From: Candidatus Fraserbacteria bacterium
GTDB lineage: Bacteria; Bipolaricaulota; Bipolaricaulia; RBG-16-55-9
NCBI GenBank assembly: GCA_037443265.1
Contig: JBBIOR010000010.1
Span: 30,179-64,761 of the forward strand
DNA: 34,583 nucleotides
Reading direction: 5' to 3'
This document shows positions 11,300 to 22,021 of the stretch, in pieces. The notes under the pieces were generated by a model that was given only the letters and a program-made list of their open reading frames with translations, had not been told where the DNA came from and did no database searches. Each line of letters begins with the position of its first letter. Positions within the stretch are counted from its first letter, which is position 1. A program made the translations under genes and the position numbers.

Positions 11300-12544
11300 T
11301 TACGCTCCGATCAAGAGCCACTTCGGGTCTTCCAGGAAAGCCTTCACGTCTTTGGCGAAGGCGGCCCCCACATGGCCATCGATCAAGCGATGGTCGAAGG
11401 AGAGCGAAAGGAGCATGATATCGCGAATGGCGATCTCGCCCTCTATCACTACAGGGCGCTTCTTGATCTCATGGACTCCCAAAATGGCCGATTCCGGCGT
11501 GTTGATGATGGGGGTGGCGAAGAGCCCGCCCATGGCTCCCAGACTCGTGATGGTAAACGTCCCGCCTTGGAGTTCTTCCAGGGCGATCTTGCCCTCGCGG
11601 GCCTTGGTAGCGAGTCGCTCGATCTCCGCGGCCATCTCCACAATGCTCATGCGATCGGCGCCTTTGAGCACCGGCACGATGAGCCCTTGATCCGTGGCCG
11701 TGGCGATCCCGATATTATAATAATATTTGAGGACGATCTCGCCCTTCTCGTGATCGATGGAAGCGTTCAGATAGGGATGTTTTTTCAGTCCCCCGACGCA
11801 GGCTTTGACGATGAAGGGGAGATACGTCAGTTTGACGCCCTGTTTTTCGGCCACGGCCTTCAGCTGCTCGCGGACTTTCACCAGCTCCGTGACGTCGACT
11901 TCGTCTACATACGTAAAATGCGCGGCGGTCGTCTTTGAGTGGTGCATGTGATCGGAGATGCGCTTGCGGATGCCGCGCAGTGGAATGCGTTCTTCCCGCT
12001 GCTCGGGAGCGATCCTTCGCAGCGGAGGAGCTTCTAATTTGGGAGCTGTCGTGGGAGCCGCGGCTCGCGCATCCGCAAAGCGGCGGACGTCTTCGTCTGT
12101 GACTCTTCCGCCGGGTCCGGTGCCCTGCACTTGAGAGATATCCACGCCCAGTTCACGCGCCAATTTGCGCGTGGCCGGGGTGGCGAGCACTCGGCGGGCG
12201 GGCGCGGGCGGAGTGGCCACAACCGTCTCGCCTTTGGCAGCCTGAATGACTTTCTCCGCTTTGGCTTTGGCGACCGTTGTGGCTCCTCTTCCGTCCGTGG
12301 TAGGCACTTCGCCTTCTTTGCCGATCACGACGAGCACAGAGCCCACTGGCACGACTTCGCCCTCTTTGGCCCGAATCTGCAGAATCTTGCCCGCGGCGGG
12401 TGATGGAATCTCCACGGTGGCCTTGTCCGTCATCACTTCCACCAGCGGCTGATCCTCCTTCACGATGTCGCCTTCTTTCACCAGCCACTTGACGATCTCC
12501 CCTTCGTGAACGCCTTCTCCAATATCGGGCAACTTGAATTCCAT
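11300..12544 (-). CDS. 2-oxoacid dehydrogenase E2 dihydrolipoamide acyltransferase (PDH/BCKDH type)
   Basis: Single lipoyl domain ([10 protein letters not shown]), E3-binding [23 protein letters not shown], catalytic DHRLIDG. Confidence 0.95.
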   Translation of the reverse strand: MEFKLPDIGEGVHEGEIVKWLVKEGDIVKEDQPLVEVMTDKATVEIPSPAAGKILQIRAKEGEVVPVGSVLVVIGKEGEVPTTDGRGATTVAKAKAEKVIQAAKGETVVATPPAPARRVLATPATRKLARELGVDISQVQGTGPGGRVTDEDVRRFADARAAAPTTAPKLEAPPLRRIAPEQREERIPLRGIRKRISDHMHHSKTTAAHFTYVDEVDVTELVKVREQLKAVAEKQGVKLTYLPFIVKACVGGLKKHPYLNASIDHEKGEIVLKYYYNIGIATATDQGLIVPVLKGADRMSIVEMAAEIERLATKAREGKIALEELQGGTFTITSLGAMGGLFATPIINTPESAILGVHEIKKRPVVIEGEIAIRDIMLLSLSFDHRLIDGHVGAAFAKDVKAFLEDPKWLLIGA

Positions 12545-12558
12545 AGCATCACTCCCCT

Positions 12559-13533
12559 TTAGAAATGGACGACCCTTTCGATGGCATCAAGAATCCTTTC
12601 CACCGTCGGCAGATATTGAGACTCGAGCGCGTAGGGAAACGGCGTGTCAAAGCCGGCCACTCTCACAATGGGCGCTTTCAGATACTCGATCGCCTCTTCA
12701 GCGATGGTGGCCGCAAGCTCTGCTCCGAAGCCGCAGAGCTTAGGGGCTTCATGCACGATCACGGCCCGCCCCGTCTTCCTCACAGATTCTAGCACGGCCT
12801 CCTTGTCGAAGGGCAAGAGCGTTCTTAAATCTATGACTTCCACGGAGATGCCCTTCGGCTGGGCGGCCTCTGCCGCCGAGAGCGCCTCGTGAAACATCGC
12901 GCCATAGGCTAGGAGCGAGACATCTTCGCCGGGACGCGCAAGACGTGCCTCCCCTAGTGGCACAGTGTACTCACCCTCGGGCACTTCTGCTCGTACGGCG
13001 CGATAGATGCGCTTGGGCTCCAAGAAGAGCACCGGATCTTCATCCCAGATAGCAGAGAGCAATAGGCCCTTCGCGTCATAGGGGCTAGAGGGGACGACTA
13101 CTTTTAGGCCCGGGGTGTGCACAAAGTAGGCCTCGGAGCTCTGGGAGTGATAGAGCCCGCCCTTGATGCCGCCGCCGTAGGGCGAGCGGATGACGAGCGG
13201 GCAGGCGTATTGGCCGCCGGAGCGATAGCGGAATTTTGCCAGCTCATTTACGATCTGATCGAAGGCCGGGTAGATGAAATCGAGGAATTGAATCTCGGGG
13301 ATGGGCTTGAGCCCGTAGAGGGCCATCCCGATGGCTGTGCCGACGATGCCTGCTTCGGCCAGGGGGGTGTCGATGACGCGTTCGGGGCCGAATTCGTCGA
13401 GGAGCCCTTCGGTGGCGCGGAAGACCCCGCCAATCTTCCCCACATCTTCGCCCAGGATGACAATCCGCTCATCGGCTCTCATGGCGGTGCGTAAGGCGTC
13501 GTTGATGGCTTGCACGAGTGTCAGGGCCGGCAT
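12559..13533 (-). CDS. 2-oxoacid dehydrogenase E1 beta subunit (branched-chain-like)
   Basis: [34 protein letters not shown] (BCKDH-like), FLEPK. Confidence 0.95.
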   Translation of the reverse strand: MPALTLVQAINDALRTAMRADERIVILGEDVGKIGGVFRATEGLLDEFGPERVIDTPLAEAGIVGTAIGMALYGLKPIPEIQFLDFIYPAFDQIVNELAKFRYRSGGQYACPLVIRSPYGGGIKGGLYHSQSSEAYFVHTPGLKVVVPSSPYDAKGLLLSAIWDEDPVLFLEPKRIYRAVRAEVPEGEYTVPLGEARLARPGEDVSLLAYGAMFHEALSAAEAAQPKGISVEVIDLRTLLPFDKEAVLESVRKTGRAVIVHEAPKLCGFGAELAATIAEEAIEYLKAPIVRVAGFDTPFPYALESQYLPTVERILDAIERVVHF

Positions 13534-13556
13534 GGTACGGTTTCATCTCCCCTTCC

Positions 13557-13586
13557 ATCTTAGCCGAGCTGTAGCTTTGCGATCAA
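13557..13586 (-). promoter_or_regulatory. Sigma70-like promoter of E1beta-E2-lipB
   Basis: Minus strand TTGATC-18 nt-TAAGAT, followed by a GGGGAG SD. Confidence 0.5.
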
Positions 13587-13638
13587 GTGGAGCTGCCTGG
13601 CAATCAAGCGTTCTAGCTGCCGGTAGCCCAAAAAATTT

Positions 13639-14946
13639 CTAGGACCCCAAGACGCGCGCTACCCCCTCGCGCAGCTCCTCCGGAAAGCAGAGGCGCGCCC
13701 GCCTCACCCAACGATTCATGATCGCCCGAATCAGCTCCGAATGCTCCGAAAGCTCATAGAGCCTCAGAGCGCGATCCACCAGATAGATGTTCTCACCTAC
13801 CTCCCGCTTAGAGTCAGAACGCCGAAAGAGCCCGTCCACATAGGGATCGGCAATGGCCGTGTCCAGCACGAGATAATAGCGCGGATCAAAGCCAAAAGAT
13901 CGAGACAGCTTCTCAAGTCTCTCCTTAAGGCGCTCATAGCGCTTGGGCTCAATCTCCACCGTCTTGAAGATCCTGCGCTCGAGAAATCTCCGGCAGAGAT
14001 CCGACAAGATCTCATCGGGGCTTTCAGCCCACTCACGCAGGGCATACGCCAAGACAATATCATCGAGAGTAAGAAATTCTTCGGGCGTGAGCCTTTCAGG
14101 CTGAACGAGCAACGTGCGCAGCGGCCCGGTCACAAATATTCTTTCGTCGTTGACCAGAAGCTCTGCCGCTCTCTTTAGGATCTGAAGGATCATCACCCCG
14201 GCCGCGCGACTCGTCTTGTGATGATAGACCTGCTGATACATGTAATAACGGGCAAGCACGTAGCTCTCCACCGCTCGAAGGCCCTTGTCGAGATCCACGG
14301 CAATCTCCCAATCGCCCTCATGCTCCACGATCCTCAAGCTGTGAATGAGCCACTCCAGATCGAATCTCCCGTAGCCCACGCCCGTGTGATAACTGTCTCT
14401 TAAGAGATAATCCATACGATCCACATCGAGCTGGCTGGCAATCAGCTTGACGGCAAACGAGGGCTTGAAGACCCGCTCGATGATCTGACGGAGCTGGCGC
14501 GGGTAGGTCTTGTCAAACGCTTTGAGGGCCTGATGGGCTTCCCCCTTGGGATGAGTAAGCAGCCGCGCCGTCCAGGCCTCGTGAGATGTGCCCGTGAAAT
14601 TCTCTAACAGATGCGAGAGCGGGAAGTGCCCAATATCATGCAGGAGAGCCGCGCTCAAAAGAAGCTCGCGGTGCACCCGAAGATGCTTGATGAGCGCCCG
14701 GAAGCGGGAATCGCTCTTAAGCCCCTCCATTCGCTCGATGATCCGCTTCATCAAAAACGCCGCTCCCAGCGAGTGCGAGAAGCGATTGTGATCCGCACCG
14801 GGATAGACGACATAGCTTACGCCCATCAGCTTTATCGAACGCAGGCGCTGGACTTCGCGGGTCTCGACGAGATTGAGCACCAGTTGATCTCGCCCGCGGT
14901 CAAAGCCCAAGAGATTATGAATCGGATCGCGGAAGACTTTCTCCAT
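13639..14946 (-). CDS. HD-domain dNTP triphosphohydrolase-like protein (SAMHD1/YwfO-like)
   Basis: [43 protein letters not shown]. Start at MEKV (14946) with a GGAG SD; the ORF-track extension is antisense to icd. Confidence 0.9.
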   Translation of the reverse strand: MEKVFRDPIHNLLGFDRGRDQLVLNLVETREVQRLRSIKLMGVSYVVYPGADHNRFSHSLGAAFLMKRIIERMEGLKSDSRFRALIKHLRVHRELLLSAALLHDIGHFPLSHLLENFTGTSHEAWTARLLTHPKGEAHQALKAFDKTYPRQLRQIIERVFKPSFAVKLIASQLDVDRMDYLLRDSYHTGVGYGRFDLEWLIHSLRIVEHEGDWEIAVDLDKGLRAVESYVLARYYMYQQVYHHKTSRAAGVMILQILKRAAELLVNDERIFVTGPLRTLLVQPERLTPEEFLTLDDIVLAYALREWAESPDEILSDLCRRFLERRIFKTVEIEPKRYERLKERLEKLSRSFGFDPRYYLVLDTAIADPYVDGLFRRSDSKREVGENIYLVDRALRLYELSEHSELIRAIMNRWVRRARLCFPEELREGVARVLGS

Positions 14947-14957
14947 AGCTCTCCAGC

Positions 14958-15012
14958 TTGCCCCTTCCCGCCCCAACTCAGTATGATCTACCCTGCATCC
15001 CCATGCAGGGTA
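14958..15012 (+). promoter_or_regulatory. icd promoter with an adjacent perfect inverted repeat
   Basis: TTGCCC(14958)-18 nt-TATGAT(14982-14987); TACCCTGCAT-cccc-ATGCAGGGTA at 14989-15012. Confidence 0.5.
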
Positions 15013-15045
15013 CAAGAGAGAAGGGTGGGAAGACCAACGCATCCT

Positions 15046-16289
<1,244 letters not shown>

Positions 16290-16290
<1 letters not shown>

Positions 16291-17210
16291 TGCGCTACAT
16301 AGAGCCCGCCCAGGCCGATCGTAATCTCTTCATCCTCGATACCCAAATGCTGGGTATGAGCCGCTACGGCTCTCTTTATATTTTGAGAGCCCCAAAGCCG
16401 GTGATCATCGAGACGGGTTTTTCGCACACGCTGGAGAAGACGCTCGCGGCCTTGGAAGAGCTTAAGATCCGCCCTGAGGACGTGGCGTATATTCTCCCCA
16501 CACACGTGCACCTGGACCATGCCGGCGGGACGGGGTTTCTGGCAGAAGCTTGCCCTAACGCGAAGCTCGTCTGCCATCATCTGGGAGCACCGCATCTCAT
16601 AGATCCAGCGAAGCTCATCCAGAGCGTGCAGCGGGCCGTAGGCGTGCTCTTCCCCTATTACGGGACGATGAAGCCCGTCCCCTCCGAGCGAATCATGGCT
16701 GTTCGGGGAGGAGAACGCTTCGATCTGGGCGGTGGCTACTCTCTCGAAGTCATCGACTCACCGGGTCACGCGCCGCATCACGCCTGTTTCTATGAGCACA
16801 GGACGAAGGGAATCTTCACAGGAGACGCCGTAGGCATCTATCGCCGGGAAGCGACGGGCCTTGTGATGACAACTCCTCCCCCCGCCTTCCATTATGAGGA
16901 CTGGCTTAAGACGCTCAGGCGCCTAAGAGCGCTTTCTCTTCGCTGGCTCTACTTTACTCATTACGGGGTGGAGGATCGACCCCGTGAGCTGATCGATGAA
17001 TTCGAGATGCTTCTCGGCCGCTGGGTGAAGGAGATCGAAGAGGCATGGCAAGAGCTGGGCGACGAGCAGGCCGTCAAAGAGCACTTCGTGGCCAGAGAAG
17101 CGCAGACGCTGGGGAAGTTCTACGAGCCGGCCATGCTGCGCCAGGAAGTAGGTATGAACGTCCAAGGCGTGCTGCTTTATTTTAAAAAGCGTCGCTTGGC
17201 CTCGTCATGA
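16290..17210 (+). CDS. Metallo-beta-lactamase-fold hydrolase
   Basis: THVHLDHAGG, PGHAPHH, FTGDA, THYG; TAATG coupling with icd. Confidence 0.92.
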
Positions 17211-17713
17211 GACCTACTGAGGCCATCACTGTCCGGGCCCTGGATGTGGAGGGCCGATTGAAATATTGCTGGCCGGCTGTGCTGCTCGCCGAGGAGGAGG
17301 GGCTAATCGTCCTCTGCGGCGACTGGGAGCGCCCGCTGCAATATCCTCACGGTGCCAGCGTGCCCATCACAAACCGCTCGCTCGAGTTCTACTGGCTCGA
17401 TCAGCCCTATGTGATCTCCGCGCTCTTCGATCGCGCGTGGCAACTCAAGGAATACTACGCGCGTGTGACCCTCCCTCCCCAATATGATAAAAGCTTCAAG
17501 AGGCTCTCGTTTGTCATGCTCGGCCTAGATCTCCAGATCAAGCCAGATTACGAGTACGACCTGCTGGAGTACCCGGACTCGGAGGACTCCCCTGCCCAAA
17601 TAGAGCGCCGGGACGGACTCATGGCGTTGATTGAGCTCATTGAAAGAAGAGAAGGTCCTTTCAATTTCGAGTTTTTAGGATCCTATCTGAAGCGAGCCTG
17701 TAGAGGGTCTTGA
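17207..17713 (+). CDS. DUF402-like protein
   Basis: SLEFYWLDQPY, EYYARVTLPP, LDLQIKPD, IERREGPF resemble DUF402; ATGA overlap with the upstream gene. Confidence 0.7.
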   Translation: MRPTEAITVRALDVEGRLKYCWPAVLLAEEEGLIVLCGDWERPLQYPHGASVPITNRSLEFYWLDQPYVISALFDRAWQLKEYYARVTLPPQYDKSFKRLSFVMLGLDLQIKPDYEYDLLEYPDSEDSPAQIERRDGLMALIELIERREGPFNFEFLGSYLKRACRGS

Positions 17714-17726
17714 GGCCCCCTCAAAC

Positions 17727-17759
17727 TTGACAAATTAGCAAAGAGTGTTGTATTGTCAA
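17727..17759 (+). promoter_or_regulatory. Sigma70-like promoter within a dyad (TTGACAA-N19-TTGTCAA)
   Basis: TTGACA(17727)-18 nt-TATTGT(17751-17756); no plus-strand CDS follows. Confidence 0.55.
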
Positions 17760-17761
17760 TT

Positions 17762-17916
17762 CTCCTTCCTAGGGCTCTCCCTAGGAAGTCGAGGAGCTTG
17801 GCCTGCGGCTTCGAACCGCGTCCTCGGACTGGGGAAGAATCTGCCCCTAGGGGCAGCAAAACCCTGGTAGCCTATGCCTCACCCCAAAAACCCTGCCCGT
17901 AAGGCCAAGCTCTTCG
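17762..17916 (+). ncRNA. Candidate structured non-coding RNA of unknown family
   Basis: 10-bp perfect hairpin at 17765-17788; 15-bp closing stem 17790-17804/17902-17916 with G-U pairs only on the + strand; internal hairpins; own promoter; lies between convergent genes. Confidence 0.55.
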
Positions 17917-17996
17917 TATTCATTGATATGGGATAAAATTGAAGACAACGCCGGGGATTTGTGAATGACCGATGCCCTTTTGAGAGAAGAGCTTGA

Positions 17997-19385
17997 TCAC
18001 TTCCCAAGGTGCGCGAAGCGGGCACGGAAGTGGCGCAGCGGTCCCTTGCCATACACGAGCTTCAAGCCCTGAATCCTCCCTCGGCGCTGGGCAATCGCTT
18101 TGAGCGCATCTACTACCACATCCAAATGCTCCTGGGTGTAGACCCGACGGGGGATTGCGAGTCTTACCAGTTCTAAGCGTGGGTAGATCACTTCGCCGGT
18201 GCGCTCGTCCGGGCGAGCAAACATGACACTGCCGATTTCCACAGCCCGGATGCCCGCCTCAAGATAGAGCTCGACGACCAGGGCCTGAGCGGGAAAGGCG
18301 CTCTGCGGGATGTGGGGCAGAAAGCGCTTGGCATCGATGTAGACGGCATGGCCTCCGATGGGCTCAAGGATCGGGATGCCCTCGGCCCTCAGGCGTTCTC
18401 CCAGATAGCGCACTTGAGTGATACGATCGTGCAGATATTGTTCATCCAGCGCCTCGCGCAGTCCTTGAGCGATCGCTTCCAGATCCCGTCCGGCCAGCCC
18501 CCCATAGGTCGGAAAGCCTTCCATCAGGATCAGGCGCTCGCAGGCTCGCTCATAGAGCTCCGCGTCGTTCAAAGCGAGAAATCCGCCGATGTTAACGATG
18601 GCGTCCTTCTTGGCACTCATCGTGCACCCATCGGCCCATGAGAAGACCTCGCGGACGATCTCGACGATGGATTTCTTGTCATAGCCCGGCTCGCGCTCTT
18701 TGATGAAATAGGCGTTTTCAGCGAAGCGGGCTGCATCCAAAAAGAAGGGGATTCCGTAGGAGCGGGCAAGACGGCTCACCTGGCGAATATTTTCTAATGA
18801 GACCGGTTGGCCGCCGCCGCTATTGTTCGTGATGGTCAGCATGACGAGCGGGACCCGCTCGACTCCCTTCTCCTCGATGAGGGCCTTGAGTCTTTCCACG
18901 TCCAGGTTGCCTTTGAAGGGATGCAGCCTTGTAGGATCGTAGGCTGCCTCGATGGCCAGATCAACAGGCTCGGCGCCGCCCTCGAGCACATGAGCCCGGG
19001 TGGTATCAAAGTGCATATTGTTGGGCACGAAGTCTCCAGGCTGCACAAGAGAGGAGAAGAGCACGTTCTCGGCGCCGCGGCCCTGATGGGTCGGCAACAC
19101 GTACTTAAAGCCTGTGATCTCGCGGACGGTCTCTGAAAATCTTTGAAAGCTCCGGCTGCCCGCGTACGCCTCATCGCCCACCATGAGCGCGGCCCACTGC
19201 TCCTGGCTCATGGCACCCGTGCCAGAGTCCGTCAAGAGATCAATATAGACGTCTTCGGAGGCCAGATGGAAGACGTTATAGCCAGCTTCTTCCAGCTTTC
19301 TGGCGCGCTCCTGCCGCGGCAGGAGCCGTATGGGTTCGACGACTTTGATCTTGTACGGCTTGTACCACGCAGAAGGAGAGCTCAT
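17997..19385 (-). CDS. tnaA: Tryptophanase (PLP beta-eliminating lyase)
   Basis: [37 protein letters not shown] (PLP Lys) and C-terminal LRHF. MSAKKD and LRHF favour tryptophanase over tyrosine phenol-lyase (MSGKKD/LRFF). Confidence 0.9.
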   Translation of the reverse strand: MSSPSAWYKPYKIKVVEPIRLLPRQERARKLEEAGYNVFHLASEDVYIDLLTDSGTGAMSQEQWAALMVGDEAYAGSRSFQRFSETVREITGFKYVLPTHQGRGAENVLFSSLVQPGDFVPNNMHFDTTRAHVLEGGAEPVDLAIEAAYDPTRLHPFKGNLDVERLKALIEEKGVERVPLVMLTITNNSGGGQPVSLENIRQVSRLARSYGIPFFLDAARFAENAYFIKEREPGYDKKSIVEIVREVFSWADGCTMSAKKDAIVNIGGFLALNDAELYERACERLILMEGFPTYGGLAGRDLEAIAQGLREALDEQYLHDRITQVRYLGERLRAEGIPILEPIGGHAVYIDAKRFLPHIPQSAFPAQALVVELYLEAGIRAVEIGSVMFARPDERTGEVIYPRLELVRLAIPRRVYTQEHLDVVVDALKAIAQRRGRIQGLKLVYGKGPLRHFRARFAHLGK

Positions 19386-19392
19386 TCTGCGG

Positions 19393-20292
19393 TTACTCCT
19401 GGGCACGCGCCCCACGATCTTCGCTCATGAACGGCTTCAAAATATCTATGGGCACCGGGAAGACCACGGTGGTGGTCCGCTCGGAGGTGATATCGAGAAG
19501 CGTCTGCAGGAAGCGCAGCTGGATGGAGGCCGGCTGCTGCTGGAGGACCTGCGCCGCCTGAGCCAGCCTCTCGGCCGCTTGATATTCTCCCTCGGCGTTG
19601 ATGATCTTGGCGCGCCGCTCCCGCTCGGCCTCGGCCTGTCTGGCGATGGCCCGCTGCATCTCCTGCGGAATTCTTACATCCTTGATCTCGACGGTCTTGA
19701 CTTTGATACCCCATGGGTCCGTGTGCTCGTCGATGATCTCCTGCAGGCGTTTGTTGAGCTTCTCCCGCTCGGCCAGCAGCTCATCCAGCTCTACTTGGCC
19801 TAAGACGCTCCGCAGCGTCGTCTGAGAGATCTGATTGGTGGCCTGGAGGAAATCCTCCACTTCCACAATGGCCTTGTTGGGGTCCATCACGCGGAAGAAG
19901 ACCACCGCGTTCACTTGCACCGTGACGTTGTCCCGGGTGATGACCTCTTGGGGCGGGATGTCCAGCGTGATGACTCGCAGGCTCACCTTGACCATCTTAT
20001 CGACGATGGGGATCAGGAAGAAGAGCCCCGGACCCTTGGCTCCGATGAGTCGTCCCAACCGGAAGATGACTCCCCGCTCGTATTCGCGCACGATCCGAAT
20101 CGCGCTCGAGAGCAGCATGATCACCAGCACGAGGATCAGCGCAATGGTAAACGTATTCACAGCCGCACCTCCTTGGAAGAATTCCAATAGTGCCTTTCGA
20201 AACGGCTCCAGTTGCAGCAAAAAGACCACAACGGCCAGGAGAACTCCCACAAGGGCTGAGATGCCTTGCTCCCCGTCGGTTCGGCCGTTCAT
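19393..20292 (-). CDS. SPFH/band-7 (stomatin/slipin) membrane protein
   Basis: [47 protein letters not shown]. Start chosen at the ATG behind the GGAGGGG SD. Confidence 0.93.
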   Translation of the reverse strand: MNGRTDGEQGISALVGVLLAVVVFLLQLEPFRKALLEFFQGGAAVNTFTIALILVLVIMLLSSAIRIVREYERGVIFRLGRLIGAKGPGLFFLIPIVDKMVKVSLRVITLDIPPQEVITRDNVTVQVNAVVFFRVMDPNKAIVEVEDFLQATNQISQTTLRSVLGQVELDELLAEREKLNKRLQEIIDEHTDPWGIKVKTVEIKDVRIPQEMQRAIARQAEAERERRAKIINAEGEYQAAERLAQAAQVLQQQPASIQLRFLQTLLDITSERTTTVVFPVPIDILKPFMSEDRGARAQE

Positions 20293-20366
20293 ATCATGCC
20301 CCTCCGCCCTGGCCTCTTTGGTGACCCTATTATTGACCATCAGCCCCAAGAAAGCAAAATTGAACG

Positions 20367-20395
20367 TTGTCTTCTACGTGCTTTGGGATTAGAAT
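20367..20395 (+). promoter_or_regulatory. Sigma70-like promoter of tpiA-mutM
   Basis: TTGTCT-17 nt-TAGAAT, 20 nt before ATG 20416. Confidence 0.5.
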
Positions 20396-20415
20396 GGCCC
20401 CATTGACCGCAAACT

Positions 20416-21201
20416 ATGACGAGAAGAGCGTTGATCGCCGCCAATTGGAAGATGCACAAGACCCTCGCAGAAGCGGAGGCTTTCGTAAAGGCATTCCTCG
20501 CTCCAGGGTGTGATTGGCCAGGGATTGAAGTGGCTCTGGCTCCGCCGTTTACAGCCCTCGCAGCGGTAGGAGCGGCCTTGCAGGGCTCCCGTGTGAAACT
20601 CGCTGCGCAAGACACGCACTTTGCCGAAGAAGGAGCCTACACGGGCGAAATCTCGCCCCGCATGCTTCAAGACCTGGGCTGCACCTACGTGATTGTGGGA
20701 CACTCGGAGCGCCGGCGGCTCTTGGGAGAGAGCGATGAGTTCATCCACAAGAAGCTGAGGGCCGTCTTCACGCACGAGCTGATTCCCATCTTGTGCGTGG
20801 GCGAGACGCAGGATGAGCGCCGCATGGGAGCTACCGAGCGCATTCTCGAGCGCCAGCTCTTGGCCGCGCTCAATGGAGTCACCCCAGAGCAAGCCGCTCG
20901 GCTCGTGATTGCCTATGAGCCTGTCTGGGCCATCGGGACGGGCCAGACGGCCTCCCCAGAAGATGCCGAGCGCGCTGCCCACTTCCTGCGAAAGATCATG
21001 CAGGAGCTCTGGGGCACGCAGGCGGCTGAGTCTGTGAGAATACAGTACGGCGGCAGCGTGAGGCCAGATAACGCTTTGGAACTCATGGCGCAGCCGAACG
21101 TAGATGGCCTTCTGGTCGGCGGGGCATCGCTAGACCCTATCGCCTTCGCGGAGATCGTAAAAGCCGCTGCGGCTGCGCGCAAACATGCCCGAGCTCCCTG
21201 A
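20416..21201 (+). CDS. tpiA: Triosephosphate isomerase
   Basis: ANWKM, GAYTGEIS, GHSERR, AYEPVWAIGTG, YGGSV, LVGGASL. Confidence 0.97.
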   Translation: MTRRALIAANWKMHKTLAEAEAFVKAFLAPGCDWPGIEVALAPPFTALAAVGAALQGSRVKLAAQDTHFAEEGAYTGEISPRMLQDLGCTYVIVGHSERRRLLGESDEFIHKKLRAVFTHELIPILCVGETQDERRMGATERILERQLLAALNGVTPEQAARLVIAYEPVWAIGTGQTASPEDAERAAHFLRKIMQELWGTQAAESVRIQYGGSVRPDNALELMAQPNVDGLLVGGASLDPIAFAEIVKAAAAARKHARAP

Positions 21202-22021
21202 GGTCGAGACGATCCGCCGGGGCCTGGAGCAAGAGCTTTTGGGGCGAACGCTCCTCGATCTCCACGTCAAAGAGAGAGTGCATCTACTGAAGAACTGTTC
21301 GCCCGCACAGCTGAGGCGCGCGCTCATCGGACGGCGCTTGAAAGCCGTAGGCCGTCGCGGCAAATTTCTCATCTTCGATTTCGAGCGAAGCGAGAAACAG
21401 CACAGCTCCTTGGGACAGCACTCGATCGTGCTCCATCTTCGTATGAGTGGGCGGCTCCTGCTCGTGCCTGCCCAGCATACCCGGCTCATCTTGAAATTTT
21501 CTGACAAGACGCTCTACTTCGACGACGCGCGGCGCTTTGGGATGCTTTATCTTTTCGAGTCCGCCCTGCGAGAATCCCTTCCACCGCTCAGCGAGCTTGG
21601 AATAGAGCCGCTCACGCCCGCTTACACCTTCGGAGGCTTCCGTGCCCTGCTCCAATCAAAGCAAGAGATCAAGCGCCTGCTCTTGGATCAGCGCAAGCTC
21701 TGCGGCCTGGGGAATATCTACGCCAACGAGGCGCTCTTTGCGGCGGGCATCCATCCCCAACGGCCCGCCTGTTCTCTTTCCTCGCGTGAAGCCAGAAGGC
21801 TTTTCGAGGCCATTGCCGCCGTGCTCACGCGGGCCATTGAGGCCGGCGGAACTTCCATCGACTCCTATCGCACGCCTCAGGGCGAGCTGGGGCGCTTCCA
21901 AGAAGAATTCTCTGTCTATGAAAGGGCAGGCAAGCCTTGCTATCGCTGTGGAGAACTCATTGAGTCTATTAGTCAAGGCGGTCGGAGCAGCTATTTCTGC
22001 CCGTGCTGCCAGACTCAATAG
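21185..22021 (+). CDS. mutM: Formamidopyrimidine-DNA glycosylase / AP lyase
   Basis: N-terminal PELPEVET, RRGK, HLRMSG, H2TH GLGNIYANEALF, zinc finger CYRC...CPCCQ. Confidence 0.96.
   Translation: MPELPEVETIRRGLEQELLGRTLLDLHVKERVHLLKNCSPAQLRRALIGRRLKAVGRRGKFLIFDFERSEKQHSSLGQHSIVLHLRMSGRLLLVPAQHTRLILKFSDKTLYFDDARRFGMLYLFESALRESLPPLSELGIEPLTPAYTFGGFRALLQSKQEIKRLLLDQRKLCGLGNIYANEALFAAGIHPQRPACSLSSREARRLFEAIAAVLTRAIEAGGTSIDSYRTPQGELGRFQEEFSVYERAGKPCYRCGELIESISQGGRSSYFCPCCQTQ

Noticed and set aside
17735..17750. CIRCE-like TTAGCA...GAGTG
   Set aside because: Does not fit TTAGCACTC-N9-GAGTGCTAA in sequence or spacing, and no chaperone gene follows
17791..17830. tRNA/tmRNA-like T-arm on the minus strand (GCGG-TTCGAAG-CCGC)
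   Set aside because: Only a 4-bp stem, no D or anticodon arm, no CCA end, and the wobble pairs favour the plus strand
17801..17906. Resemblance to a c-di-AMP or cobalamin riboswitch, or an HDV-like ribozyme
   Set aside because: Only short partial matches with core motifs missing, and no downstream same-strand gene to regulate
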